From the IMG/VR virus record IMGVR_UViG_3300026302_000103, positions 1 through 36,296 of that record: a DNA stretch of 36,296 nt; one strand, written 5' to 3'. A program made the translations under genes and the position numbers. The stretch comes from a virus (Duplodnaviria; Caudoviricetes). This document shows, in pieces, positions 1 to 7,464 of the stretch. The notes under the pieces were generated by a model. That model saw only the letters and a program-made list of their open reading frames with translations, searched no databases and had not been told where the DNA came from. Positions within the stretch are counted from its first letter, which is position 1, and the number at the start of each line of letters is the position of its first letter.

Positions 1-54
1 AGTCGGCTTATCCTTTTGATTCTATTGAGGCCGACTAGAATCACCGCTGAACGA

Positions 55-76
55 TACCCGCTTTCCTACCCGCTTT
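55..76. repeat. Direct repeat TACCCGCTTT x2, candidate integrase arm-type sites (att region)
   Basis: Exact 10-mers at 55-64 and 67-76. They resemble the tandem arm sites beside att of P4-family integrases. An IHF-like AATCAAaaggATA lies on the minus strand at about 9-21. Confidence 0.55.
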
Positions 77-105
77 TTCAGACGCTGGAGAAGTTGGCGC
101 GGACG

Positions 106-136
106 AAAAAAATGCCGGCCCTCGAAGACCGGCATT
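106..136 (-). terminator. Intrinsic terminator ending the leftward early operon
   Basis: Stem AATGCCGG (111-118) / CCGGCATT (129-136) followed by a T7 tract on the minus strand, just past the stop at 159. Confidence 0.8.
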
Positions 137-158
137 GTCGCACTGTGCGGGTGCAGTA

Positions 159-764
159 TCAAGGAAGGGGCCGGAACTCGACGACCCACACCCACGGGTT
201 TGCATGCCAAGACTTTTCGCCGTTGATCGACTGCCAGAGGTGACAGAAGGATTCGCGAGCATCTGGCGCCGGACTATCGCAGCCGCACGGTTCTGGATTT
301 CCGCAGTTCAGACACCCGCCATCGATGATTCCCTCGGCGCGTGCGTCTGTCTCGCTGATGTCATGCAACCGCTCGACGCGGACTGCGGTGATCTCCAAGT
401 CGATGCGCGAAAGGTTACGCGGCATGTGGATAGACGGCTTCCAGCCAGCGCCCCGTGTGTCGCCGTCGCAGTCGGCACGATATGTCGTGTGCGACGGGCG
501 CGATGGAATGCTGACGCTCGCTTCCCAACAGTAGTCCGCCGGCTCGTGAATGAATGCCTCCCTCACCCATAGCCGGTCGCCCGGTTGGCCGTATGGGCAG
601 CGATACTCGCGCGCGCTGGTGTCGTGCCAGTACGGCGATCCAATCGGACGCGACAATCCGTCTTCGTCCGGCTGCGGCTTCACAACGCGCCGAGTTTGCG
701 ATTTGGTGCAATTCAGCAAAGCGCGCACCATCGGCGCGCTGAACAGGATGGGACGCTCTTTCAC
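159..764 (-). CDS. ASCH/PUA-like conserved phage protein
   Basis: Motifs KERPILFSAPMVRALL..KSQTRR, GDRLWVRE, WKPSIHMPR and NPWVWVVEF. The GTG start at 764 overlaps the alpA stop. Confidence 0.8.
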   Translation of the reverse strand: MKERPILFSAPMVRALLNCTKSQTRRVVKPQPDEDGLSRPIGSPYWHDTSAREYRCPYGQPGDRLWVREAFIHEPADYCWEASVSIPSRPSHTTYRADCDGDTRGAGWKPSIHMPRNLSRIDLEITAVRVERLHDISETDARAEGIIDGGCLNCGNPEPCGCDSPAPDARESFCHLWQSINGEKSWHANPWVWVVEFRPLP

Positions 765-979
765 GCCGCCCTCCGCTGCTGCTCGACCTGCTGCGCGATC
801 CAGTTGTCGACCTCGTGCTCGGGCCAGGCCGAGGCGCTGCCGAGCTTGATCGGCTTCGGGAAGGTGCCGGCCTTGATCCGCTCGTAGATCACGGTCTTTT
901 TGAGGCCGACCCGATCGAGCACCTGCGGCATGCGCAGCAGGCGGGTATTGGCCTGAAGGTGGGTATCGGGGGCGTTCAT
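761..979 (-). CDS. alpA: AlpA-family excisionase / regulator
   Basis: LLRMPQVLDRVGLKKTVIYERIKAGTFPKPIKLG..SAW is the typical AlpA signature. ATG at 979 is coupled to the upstream stop. Confidence 0.9.
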   Translation of the reverse strand: MNAPDTHLQANTRLLRMPQVLDRVGLKKTVIYERIKAGTFPKPIKLGSASAWPEHEVDNWIAQQVEQQRRAA

Positions 980-1173
980 GCTGAAATCCTCGTTCTGTAG
1001 GTGCAAATGTCGCGGGCCGTGCTTTCACCGCAGGCGAAGATCATCGCCAGGGTTCTGTAGCCCTTTCCGCGTCTCTCGTGAAGTTCGCGCATCTCACGCA
1101 CCTGCTCGAATGTGAGCTTGGCGCGCGGGTGCGACTGGCCGCAACGGTGGCCGGATGGGGAGCGCGTGACCAT
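976..1173 (-). CDS. Small HTH DNA-binding protein resembling the C-terminal domain of phage HNH endonucleases
   Basis: GQSHPRAKLTFEQVREMR...YRTLAMIFACGESTARDI; coupled to both neighbours. Confidence 0.7.
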   Translation of the reverse strand: MVTRSPSGHRCGQSHPRAKLTFEQVREMRELHERRGKGYRTLAMIFACGESTARDICTYRTRISA

Positions 1174-1604
1174 CAGAAGGGCACGTCGTCGGTTAGGTCG
1201 TCGAAGCCGCGGGGAGGCGCAGCCGGACGACGGGGTGAGTCGGACGCAGGCTGCGACTTACCGCCCGACGGGTTGCTTCCCGCCTCGCGTGCGCCGCCGG
1301 CGAATTCCAGCTCCAGCACCTTGCCGACCAACTTGAAGCCGGTGGTCTGGTCTTTTTTCTGCCAGGTCTCGATGTGCGGATCGGCGAGGATCAGGTCGAT
1401 CGCTGCCCCCTTCTTCAGGTACTGCGCCAGCGCCTCGGCGCGCTTGCCGAACAGCGAGGCCTCGATCCATTGGGTCGGCTTGCTGCCGCTGCTGTCCTTC
1501 TGGCCGTAATTGAAGGCGAGGCGCAGGGTAGCGACCGGCTCGCCGCCCTGGGTGTAACGCAGCTCGGCGTCCGCTCCGAGGCGGGCGAGTCCGGTCAGTA
1601 TCAT
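1173..1604 (-). CDS. ssb: Single-stranded DNA-binding protein
   Basis: OB-fold motifs (RLGADAELRYT, TQWIEASLFGKRAE) and acidic tail DDLTDDVPF. Confidence 0.93.
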   Translation of the reverse strand: MILTGLARLGADAELRYTQGGEPVATLRLAFNYGQKDSSGSKPTQWIEASLFGKRAEALAQYLKKGAAIDLILADPHIETWQKKDQTTGFKLVGKVLELEFAGGAREAGSNPSGGKSQPASDSPRRPAAPPRGFDDLTDDVPF

Positions 1605-1605
1605 G

Positions 1606-2121
1606 TTACGCAGCCTCCCGCATCTCGAAGCCGCCCTTGTCGGCCTCCGGCTCGATCAGGGACATCTCGACTTCCTGCTGGATCATCTCGCACAGGCGGC
1701 CGAGTTCGTTCGGCTCGGGGTGGGCGATCACGCGGAAGCTGACCGCGACCGTGCCGCCGTCCTGACAATCGAAGCGGAAGTTGTCGACCTCGCAGTCGAT
1801 CAGGTGGATGTCCTGGGCACCGCTGACGCCGTAGTGAATCACCGTCTCGTATCCCGAGAATTCCTTGCCCCACTTCACCGGCCCCATGAGGGGGAACTTC
1901 AGGGCGGGAAGGTGGCCGGCGTCGGTAATCAGCTCGCCCTGGGGGCCGTCGGCCTTCTTGTAGAGCGAGGACTTGAGAGACGAGTCGAACTCGGACAGGA
2001 CATCGTTACCGACCTTTATCTCGAACTTCAGATCGGCGGCCATGACGTGATCGGTGCCGTGAATCTCGGCGCGTGGATTCACGCTCGTGAGCTTGGCGGC
2101 TTGGTTGGCGAGGGAAAACAT
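1606..2121 (-). CDS. Hypothetical phage protein
   Basis: 171-aa ORF with AGGAG RBS inside the leftward operon; natural amino-acid composition. Confidence 0.75.
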   Translation of the reverse strand: MFSLANQAAKLTSVNPRAEIHGTDHVMAADLKFEIKVGNDVLSEFDSSLKSSLYKKADGPQGELITDAGHLPALKFPLMGPVKWGKEFSGYETVIHYGVSGAQDIHLIDCEVDNFRFDCQDGGTVAVSFRVIAHPEPNELGRLCEMIQQEVEMSLIEPEADKGGFEMREAA

Positions 2122-2157
2122 AGGGCACTTCTCCTTTTTCTACTGGAAATGAGGGGG

Positions 2158-3261
2158 TTACTTGGCGGCCTTGAACTCGTCGGCCTTGCGCTTGTAGATG
2201 CCGCCGAGTTCGTCGCGCTGCGTCGTGCTGCCGACGTACTGGATCAGGTCGGCCGCTTCGGCGAGCTGGTCTTCGTTGGTGGCCTTCTGCAGCTTGTCGG
2301 CGACTTCGGCGTAGCTCATGACCGGATCAGCACTGGCGCCGCCCTGTTCGACCCGGCGCAGCGCTTCGTCGTCGGGGTCGGGAATCTCGCCAGTCTCGGT
2401 GTTGACGTTCTCGCTCTTCTTCTTCGCACGCATCTTGTCTTTCACGGCATCAGTGCGCGATGCAGGCGCCGTCGGCTTTTCCTCTGCCTGCTCGGCCTCG
2501 AACCAGTCGGCCGGCTGGCTCATTCCGTCGCGCAGGCTGGCGTAAATCTTCTTCAGGCTGACGACTTGCGCCGGCTGGATTGCATCGAGGCGGCGCTGAA
2601 TGCGCTTCTCGATCTGCTCCTTCGTGACGCCGAACGGCTCAAAGGCGGCGAGCATCTTCTGCATGGCCTCGGGCGACGTGTCGGCCTTGGTCTTCATCGT
2701 CGTCTCGCACTGTGCGACGGCCGCCTCGGTGACATCGCCGGGGATCACGGCAAGGATGCAGGCGCGCAGGCGGCGGGAGCCTTGATTTGCGACCATTTCA
2801 TACACGTCGCGCGGGTCTTCGAGCTTCTTGCTACCGTTCTTGGTGTAACGGATGTGCGGCACCTGAAAGGTGACTTCGCGCCGGGTATTGGTCTCGACAT
2901 CCCAGGCGAAGGCCTGCACCGTGCTCTCACCGTTGCGCTGATCCAGCTCGCGAATACCGAACTGCATATTTCCCCAAGCTTGGGCCATTGCTTCGGCAAG
3001 GCGGATGCTCGGGCCGGACACATCGGTACCGCCGCGGGAATAGGTATAGACCGCGGAGTCGGCCAGAGTAGGACGGGCGCAGGCGTTCAGGATGCGATCC
3101 ATCGCGGCGATCTGATCGCGCGGGTTCATGCGGGCGATCATCATCGCGGCCTGAACCTCGGCAACCGCACGCTGCTGATCGGATTGGGCGACGGCGCCGC
3201 CAGTCTGCCGAGCTTGCGCGGGAAGCGATGCGGCGAAGGGGTTTGCTGCGACTTCATTCAT
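2158..3261 (-). CDS. Putative single-strand annealing protein / recombinase partner of YqaJ
   Basis: 367 aa, directly downstream of the exonuclease and upstream of ssb; globular N-terminus with a charged flexible C-terminus. Function inferred from synteny. Confidence 0.6.
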   Translation of the reverse strand: MNEVAANPFAASLPAQARQTGGAVAQSDQQRAVAEVQAAMMIARMNPRDQIAAMDRILNACARPTLADSAVYTYSRGGTDVSGPSIRLAEAMAQAWGNMQFGIRELDQRNGESTVQAFAWDVETNTRREVTFQVPHIRYTKNGSKKLEDPRDVYEMVANQGSRRLRACILAVIPGDVTEAAVAQCETTMKTKADTSPEAMQKMLAAFEPFGVTKEQIEKRIQRRLDAIQPAQVVSLKKIYASLRDGMSQPADWFEAEQAEEKPTAPASRTDAVKDKMRAKKKSENVNTETGEIPDPDDEALRRVEQGGASADPVMSYAEVADKLQKATNEDQLAEAADLIQYVGSTTQRDELGGIYKRKADEFKAAK

Positions 3262-3267
3262 GGTGAA

Positions 3268-4155
3268 TTACTCCTTTGTGGTTCCGAAACGGGCGTCGAT
3301 GTAGCTGGAGGCTTCGACGGTGTAGGGCTTTTTCTGGATCAGCTTCCGGCGGAATACCCGGTTTCCGTCCAGCTTCAGCACAGCCGCATCGCCCATAAAG
3401 GCGAGCAGATGGTTCTTTGCGGTCTCCGCGACCTTCTCGTATTCGCGGGCCTTTTCTGCTGCGTCCTCGGCTACCTTGGCCCAGTGCAGAATCATTTCGT
3501 CGGCCTCGACCTTGGCGCCGTTGGTGCCCGGATAGAGGCGCTTGAACATGGGCAGCGTCGCGGGGTGGTCGAACTCCGGCTCGGGCGGAACGCCGGCGAT
3601 GACGTTCTTGTGCCAAAAGTCGTGCGCCTCCTGGATGATTAGCTCGTCCATTTCACGGTCGCGCTCCATCGGGTAGATGCGCAGGTCGTCGCCGCCGAAA
3701 TAGGCCGCCACGTCGAACGCCGGATAGTCGAGCACGAGCATGTAGTGATGCGGTTGCGGGACGTAATACTCGGCGATGGCATCGGGCTGGCCGTCCTTGC
3801 CCCACAGGTAGGCCATGCGCGGTGAGACGTTCTTGATCTCCAGGCCCTTCGGCTGGCCTACGAAGTCGCGGTCGATGTGGGCGATCAGGAAGTCATGCTT
3901 CGGGTGGCGCAGGGTGCGATTCACCTTGCGCAGCTTCACGCCTTCACGCTCGGCGACCATCGAGGCGATCACCTGCTCCATGACCCGGCCAGCTTTGGTG
4001 CGGCTGTTGTCGGGCGTCGGCTCAATCTCGCCGCGCTTCTGCAGGTACAGCTCCAGGCGCGTCGCGTAGGGGTTGATCCCGAACAGCGTCGCGATGTCGC
4101 TGCCGCCGAGGCCGGTCTGGCGGGCCTTCAGGAATTCTTCGATCGGTGCATTCAT
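3268..4155 (-). CDS. YqaJ-like viral recombinase exonuclease (lambda-exo family)
   Basis: R.TGLGGSD..LFGINPY, G..ME, AHIDR, LEIKN and YYVPQPHHYM motifs. Confidence 0.92.
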   Translation of the reverse strand: MNAPIEEFLKARQTGLGGSDIATLFGINPYATRLELYLQKRGEIEPTPDNSRTKAGRVMEQVIASMVAEREGVKLRKVNRTLRHPKHDFLIAHIDRDFVGQPKGLEIKNVSPRMAYLWGKDGQPDAIAEYYVPQPHHYMLVLDYPAFDVAAYFGGDDLRIYPMERDREMDELIIQEAHDFWHKNVIAGVPPEPEFDHPATLPMFKRLYPGTNGAKVEADEMILHWAKVAEDAAEKAREYEKVAETAKNHLLAFMGDAAVLKLDGNRVFRRKLIQKKPYTVEASSYIDARFGTTKE

Positions 4156-4535
4156 CAGTCGTCTCTCCCGTAGTCTTCGTCACAATGGCGACAGCCTCGG
4201 CCGCGGCACCGCGGGCAGGCGTTCGCAAGTTCGTTGTCGATCTGGCGCTCGGCTTCGCGCCGGGCCGATGCGTCCCAGTAGTCGCGCACCAGCTTCGCCA
4301 AGGTGGCGCCGGCTTCCGCTTCCTTCCCGTCGGCGAGCTGCTTGGCGAGGTCTTCGATGTCGATCTCGCCCAGGGCCTCGCTCAAGTTGTCGGCGATGAA
4401 TGGCGCGTAGTCGCCGGCCAGCAGCTCTTCGGTGCGCTCGTCGATGGATTCGTCGCGACGGTCGTCCTCGTCGAGTCTGGCGAGGTAGCGGTTCAGGTCA
4501 GCCGTTACTGCGCACGGCACGTCGTAGAGGCTCAC
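4155..4535 (-). CDS. Acidic hypothetical protein with C-terminal CxxC..CxxC
   Basis: GTG at 4535 overlaps the upstream TGA; ends CPRCRGRGCRHC. Confidence 0.65.
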   Translation of the reverse strand: MSLYDVPCAVTADLNRYLARLDEDDRRDESIDERTEELLAGDYAPFIADNLSEALGEIDIEDLAKQLADGKEAEAGATLAKLVRDYWDASARREAERQIDNELANACPRCRGRGCRHCDEDYGRDD

Positions 4536-4621
4536 AGCGTCACCTTCGCGAGGTTCCACGCCTTGCGGATGCCATAGCCGCTGCGCAGGTAGTAAAGGAA
4601 ATCGCCGAGGAACTTCTTCAT
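4532..4621 (-). CDS. 29-aa small protein MKKFLGDFLYYLRSGYGIRKAWNLAKVTL (not in ORF track)
   Basis: Fills the gap exactly, with ATGA/GTGA coupling at both ends. Confidence 0.6.
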   Translation of the reverse strand: MKKFLGDFLYYLRSGYGIRKAWNLAKVTL

Positions 4622-4860
4622 GCAGCCCTCGGCAGGGTGTCGAGCGGGCGGGCGATCACGACAAGGCCGTCGAGCGGCATCGACTCGTCACCGTCGAAGA
4701 AAAGGTCGATGGCCTTGCAGATCGCGTCGCAAGACGTGTAGGCCATTACGTTGATGTCCTCGGGCGCCGTGGCCGTCTTGATGCTGACGGCGAACGGGCG
4801 CAGGGCCGGGGGAGCGAAAGGCGCCAGCGCCTCGCGGAAAAGCGGGTGAATGTTGCTCAT
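4618..4860 (-). CDS. Hypothetical 80-aa protein (MSNIHPLFREAL...)
   Basis: ATG at 4860 with GGAGG RBS, overlapping the LPD29 stop; ends in RAA like several neighbours. Confidence 0.65.
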   Translation of the reverse strand: MSNIHPLFREALAPFAPPALRPFAVSIKTATAPEDINVMAYTSCDAICKAIDLFFDGDESMPLDGLVVIARPLDTLPRAA

Positions 4861-5432
4861 GCCAGTGCCTCCGCGTTGAGGGCGCCGATGTCGCTGTAGC
4901 CGTCGTTGCCGAGGTAGATCACGCGGCCGGCGGTCTTCGACTGCTCGACCTTCAGGCGGTCGGAGCGCTTCGCGAGCTGCTGCCAGATCAGGTCGCGCAG
5001 GTCGTAATTGCCGACGACATGGATGTAGCAGCAACGGCCGGCTTTCCAGTCCTCGGCCGTCGGGCGCTGCACTTCCTTGAGGTTGCCGGCATAGCGGCGG
5101 AACACGGCGCCGATCGCGGCCTCGACGAAGGCGTCGGAGTAGTCGCGGTTGCAGAAGATGAAGTCGGCGCCGAAGTTCACGACCTGGCCGTCGAGCATCG
5201 CGTAGGTGTTGCCCTGATAGTCCTGACTGCCGTCGAAGTAGGCGCCTTGGAAGGTCTTCGCGACCGCTTCGACCTGGGCACCGTTCGGGCCGTCGATCCA
5301 GCGCACGTTGATCGAGGCGCCGCCGCTGTAGGTGTCGGAACGGACGGAGAACTTCACGCCGGGGAATGCTTCTTTCAGTGCCTGGCGCACCATCTTTGCG
5401 GTGTCGGCACAAGAGAGATATTTCGCAACCAT
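4857..5432 (-). CDS. LPD29 (large polyvalent protein-associated domain 29) protein
   Basis: TAKMVRQALKEAFPGVKFSVRSDTYSGGASINVRWIDGP matches the LPD29 signature as recalled. GGAGG RBS; first gene after PL. Confidence 0.75.
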   Translation of the reverse strand: MVAKYLSCADTAKMVRQALKEAFPGVKFSVRSDTYSGGASINVRWIDGPNGAQVEAVAKTFQGAYFDGSQDYQGNTYAMLDGQVVNFGADFIFCNRDYSDAFVEAAIGAVFRRYAGNLKEVQRPTAEDWKAGRCCYIHVVGNYDLRDLIWQQLAKRSDRLKVEQSKTAGRVIYLGNDGYSDIGALNAEALA

Positions 5433-5455
5433 TTCAGCCTCCAGTTGTAATTCGC

Positions 5456-5505
5456 TACAACCGCAGATTACAACGCCGATTTGTAGATTGCAAGTGAAAG
5501 TTGTA
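5456..5505 (-). promoter_or_regulatory. PL promoter with OL operators
   Basis: Operators T(A/G)CAA-N7-TTGTA at 5469-5485 and 5489-5505, variant at 5456-5472. Minus-strand -35 TTGCAA (5493-5488), 17 bp, -10 TAATCT (5470-5465). Confidence 0.8.
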
Positions 5506-5515
5506 ATCGAGGGCG

Positions 5516-5538
5516 AAAAAAATCCGCCGGGCGGCGGA
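5516..5538 (-). terminator. Intrinsic terminator of the cI operon
   Basis: TCCGCC/GGCGGA stem with 4-nt loop and a T7 tract on the minus strand. Confidence 0.7.
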
Positions 5539-5557
5539 ATAGTGCGGAATCAGGCGG

Positions 5558-5764
5558 TTAGCGGCGGCGATCCATCAACCGGTAAAGCCACTTCCCGACA
5601 TAGTAGGCGGCGAAGATCGAGGCGATAGAGACAACGGAGAGCAGCCAGCGCTCGTAGTCCTCATCCAGGGAAAGGGATTTGACTCCGGCACCAAGCAGCC
5701 AGAACACCCCGGCGCCGGCCAAGATTATGACCAGAAGAAACAGATTTGCGGCGATCCATTGCAC
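5558..5764 (-). CDS. Small two-TM membrane protein (immunity-region moron)
   Basis: GTG at 5764; hydrophobic segments LFLLVIILAGAGVFWLLGAGV and WLLSVVSIASIFAAYYV. Confidence 0.6.
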   Translation of the reverse strand: MQWIAANLFLLVIILAGAGVFWLLGAGVKSLSLDEDYERWLLSVVSIASIFAAYYVGKWLYRLMDRRR

Positions 5765-5772
5765 GGCGACGC

Positions 5773-6018
5773 CTATCCGCAAACGCCCCGATTGGCAGTG
5801 CCAGGGATGGGCTGGTAGCCCTTCGACTTCATGCACTTCTCGTACAAATCCATCTGGTGACAGTCGTTTCCGCGGACGTTGCGGGCGTCGCGCTCGCATT
5901 CGTAGTCGTCCTTCGAGAACTGCTTTGGCTCGGCATCGCCACGCGAGAAGGCGGTCGGCGTCATTGGCGCGCAGGATGCGCACAAGGCGGCAACAGCCGC
6001 GAGGATCATTCGCTTCAT
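5773..6018 (-). CDS. Small lipoprotein, possible superinfection exclusion factor
   Basis: MKRMILAAVAALCASC signal with lipobox; ATG overlaps the cI stop; Cys pattern YECE...YEKCMKSKGY. Confidence 0.7.
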   Translation of the reverse strand: MKRMILAAVAALCASCAPMTPTAFSRGDAEPKQFSKDDYECERDARNVRGNDCHQMDLYEKCMKSKGYQPIPGTANRGVCG

Positions 6019-6668
6019 TCGGGCACCCACTTTCCAATAACGACGCCGCAGATTGTCGCATTTCCGTTGATCGGGATCAGCTTCGGGCCGGGCCAGTCCG
6101 GGTTAAGCGCACGCAGGAATTTCTGCCCGCCCTCCATGACGAGCTGCTTGAAGGTGGCTTCGTGCTCGTCGTCGAGGCGAACGACGATGTTCTTCCCGTG
6201 CTCGGCCTGGCCATCGGGATCGACGAAGATGATGTCGCCGTCCTGATACTTCGGCTCCATCGAGACGCCACGCACCCGCAGCGCGAAGGCATGCGGGCCG
6301 AACTTCCGCGGGCACGGCAGCCAGTCCTCGGCATCGCCGGGGGCGAAGTTGTCGATCACCGCTTCCCAGTTGCCGGCCTGCACCCATGAAATAAGCGGCA
6401 CGTGCCCGCGCAGGTCTGGCCCCGGCTCGACGTTGGCGTCAGTCTCGGGCGCGAATTTCCGTCCGACCGTGATGCTGCCGGTCAGCAGGTATTCGACCGT
6501 CGTGCCGAGCGCCTGGGCGACTTCACGCAGCCGCGCACCTTTCGGCGCCCCGCCGGATTCCCACTTCTGCACCGCTTGCGGTGTGACACCGAGGGCGCGC
6601 GCCAGCTCGGACTGATTCATCCCTTTAGCGGCACGGGCTTCGGCGATCCGTTTTCCGATTTCGTTCAT
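6015..6668 (-). CDS. cI: CI-like repressor (HTH_XRE + S24 peptidase)
   Basis: HTH QSELARALGVTPQAVQKWESG; cleavage site VQAG; catalytic GVSMEP and ATFK. Confidence 0.95.
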   Translation of the reverse strand: MNEIGKRIAEARAAKGMNQSELARALGVTPQAVQKWESGGAPKGARLREVAQALGTTVEYLLTGSITVGRKFAPETDANVEPGPDLRGHVPLISWVQAGNWEAVIDNFAPGDAEDWLPCPRKFGPHAFALRVRGVSMEPKYQDGDIIFVDPDGQAEHGKNIVVRLDDEHEATFKQLVMEGGQKFLRALNPDWPGPKLIPINGNATICGVVIGKWVPE

Positions 6669-6753
6669 ATCGCAACTCTACAAGTCGATGTTGTAAAACG
6701 CACTGCAAATATTGGTTGTAATCTGCAAACGCAGGTTGTAATATCCGGTTGTA
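6669..6753. promoter_or_regulatory. OR operators with PR and a leaderless PRM
   Basis: T(A/G)CAA-N7-TTGTA at 6679-6695, 6704-6720 and 6724-6740, variant at 6737-6753. PR -35 TTGTAA (6716-6721), 17 bp, -10 TAATAT (6739-6744). Minus-strand TAGAGT (6680-6675) lies 6 nt before the cI ATG. Confidence 0.8.
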
Positions 6754-6778
6754 ATCCACTCCCCATTACGAGGAAGCC

Positions 6779-6997
6779 ATGAACACCCCTTGTCCCATCC
6801 AGCGTGCTGCCGTGTCGGTCGGCGGTCAGTCTGCTCTGGCTCGGAAGCTCGGCATCAAGCCCCAGGCCGTTCAGCGCTGGTGCGCTACCGGCATCGTTCC
6901 CGCCAATCGTGTGCTCGACATCGAGCGCGTGACCGAAGGTGCTGTTTCCCGCAACGAGCTGCGCCCCGACCTCTACCCGATCGAACGGGCTGCATGA
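6779..6997 (+). CDS. cro: Cro-like repressor (YdaS family)
   Basis: GGQSALARKLGIKPQAVQRW...VSRNELRPDLY; divergent from cI. Confidence 0.92.
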   Translation: MNTPCPIQRAAVSVGGQSALARKLGIKPQAVQRWCATGIVPANRVLDIERVTEGAVSRNELRPDLYPIERAA

Positions 6998-7016
6998 CTG
7001 CAGCCTAATTTTTTTT
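6988..7016 (+). terminator. tR1-like terminator after cro
   Basis: GGCTGCA-tgac-TGCAGCC followed by TAA and T8. Confidence 0.65.
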
Positions 7017-7035
7017 GTTCAGGGAGGACAGGCAA

Positions 7036-7464
7036 ATGCGGTCAAAAGAATTGAATGCGGTTGAGCACCCCGAGCTTCCACTAGCCCGGAAGGCCGATCC
7101 CGTCGAGGTTCCGCTTGATCTGGTGGTCAAGCAACACACCCTTTCGGCGGCGATCGCGCTCTGCGTACAAGTGTCCGGCCTCGAAGAAAAAGAGGTCTAT
7201 CTGTCGCTCGAAATCGACGCCGGCCACTGGACGCGGATCATGAAGGGCGACGCGCACTTCCCGGTGAACAAGCTCAACAATCTGATGGACTTGTGCGGCA
7301 ACGAGGCGCCGCTGATGTGGCTGGCGAACTCGCGCGGCTATGGCCTGGTGGTATTGAAGACCGAGGCCGAGCGCCGCGCCGAGATGGCCGAGCGCGCCCT
7401 GCGAGAAGAGCGCGACAAGGTGCGCTTCCTCACCGAGCTGCTGCAAGGAAAGGCGGCGGCATGA
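7036..7464 (+). CDS. CII-like transcriptional regulator
   Basis: Follows cro; HTH-like LEIDAGHWTRIMKG and C-terminal coiled coil; GGAGG RBS before ATG 7036. Confidence 0.6.
   Translation: MRSKELNAVEHPELPLARKADPVEVPLDLVVKQHTLSAAIALCVQVSGLEEKEVYLSLEIDAGHWTRIMKGDAHFPVNKLNNLMDLCGNEAPLMWLANSRGYGLVVLKTEAERRAEMAERALREERDKVRFLTELLQGKAAA

Noticed and set aside
1..160. tRNA/tmRNA fragment as att core
   Set aside because: No T-arm/CCA-like sequence is recognisable on either strand.
159..1028. ORF-track long versions of several genes (159-1028, 4618-5412, 7293-8420, 10339-10977, 18635-19657)
   Set aside because: The N-terminal extensions overlap real neighbouring genes; internal coupled starts fit better.
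1603..3642. 679-aa plus-strand ORF
   Set aside because: Antisense shadow of three well-supported minus-strand genes; L/V/G/D-rich composition typical of high-GC reverse frames; no motifs.
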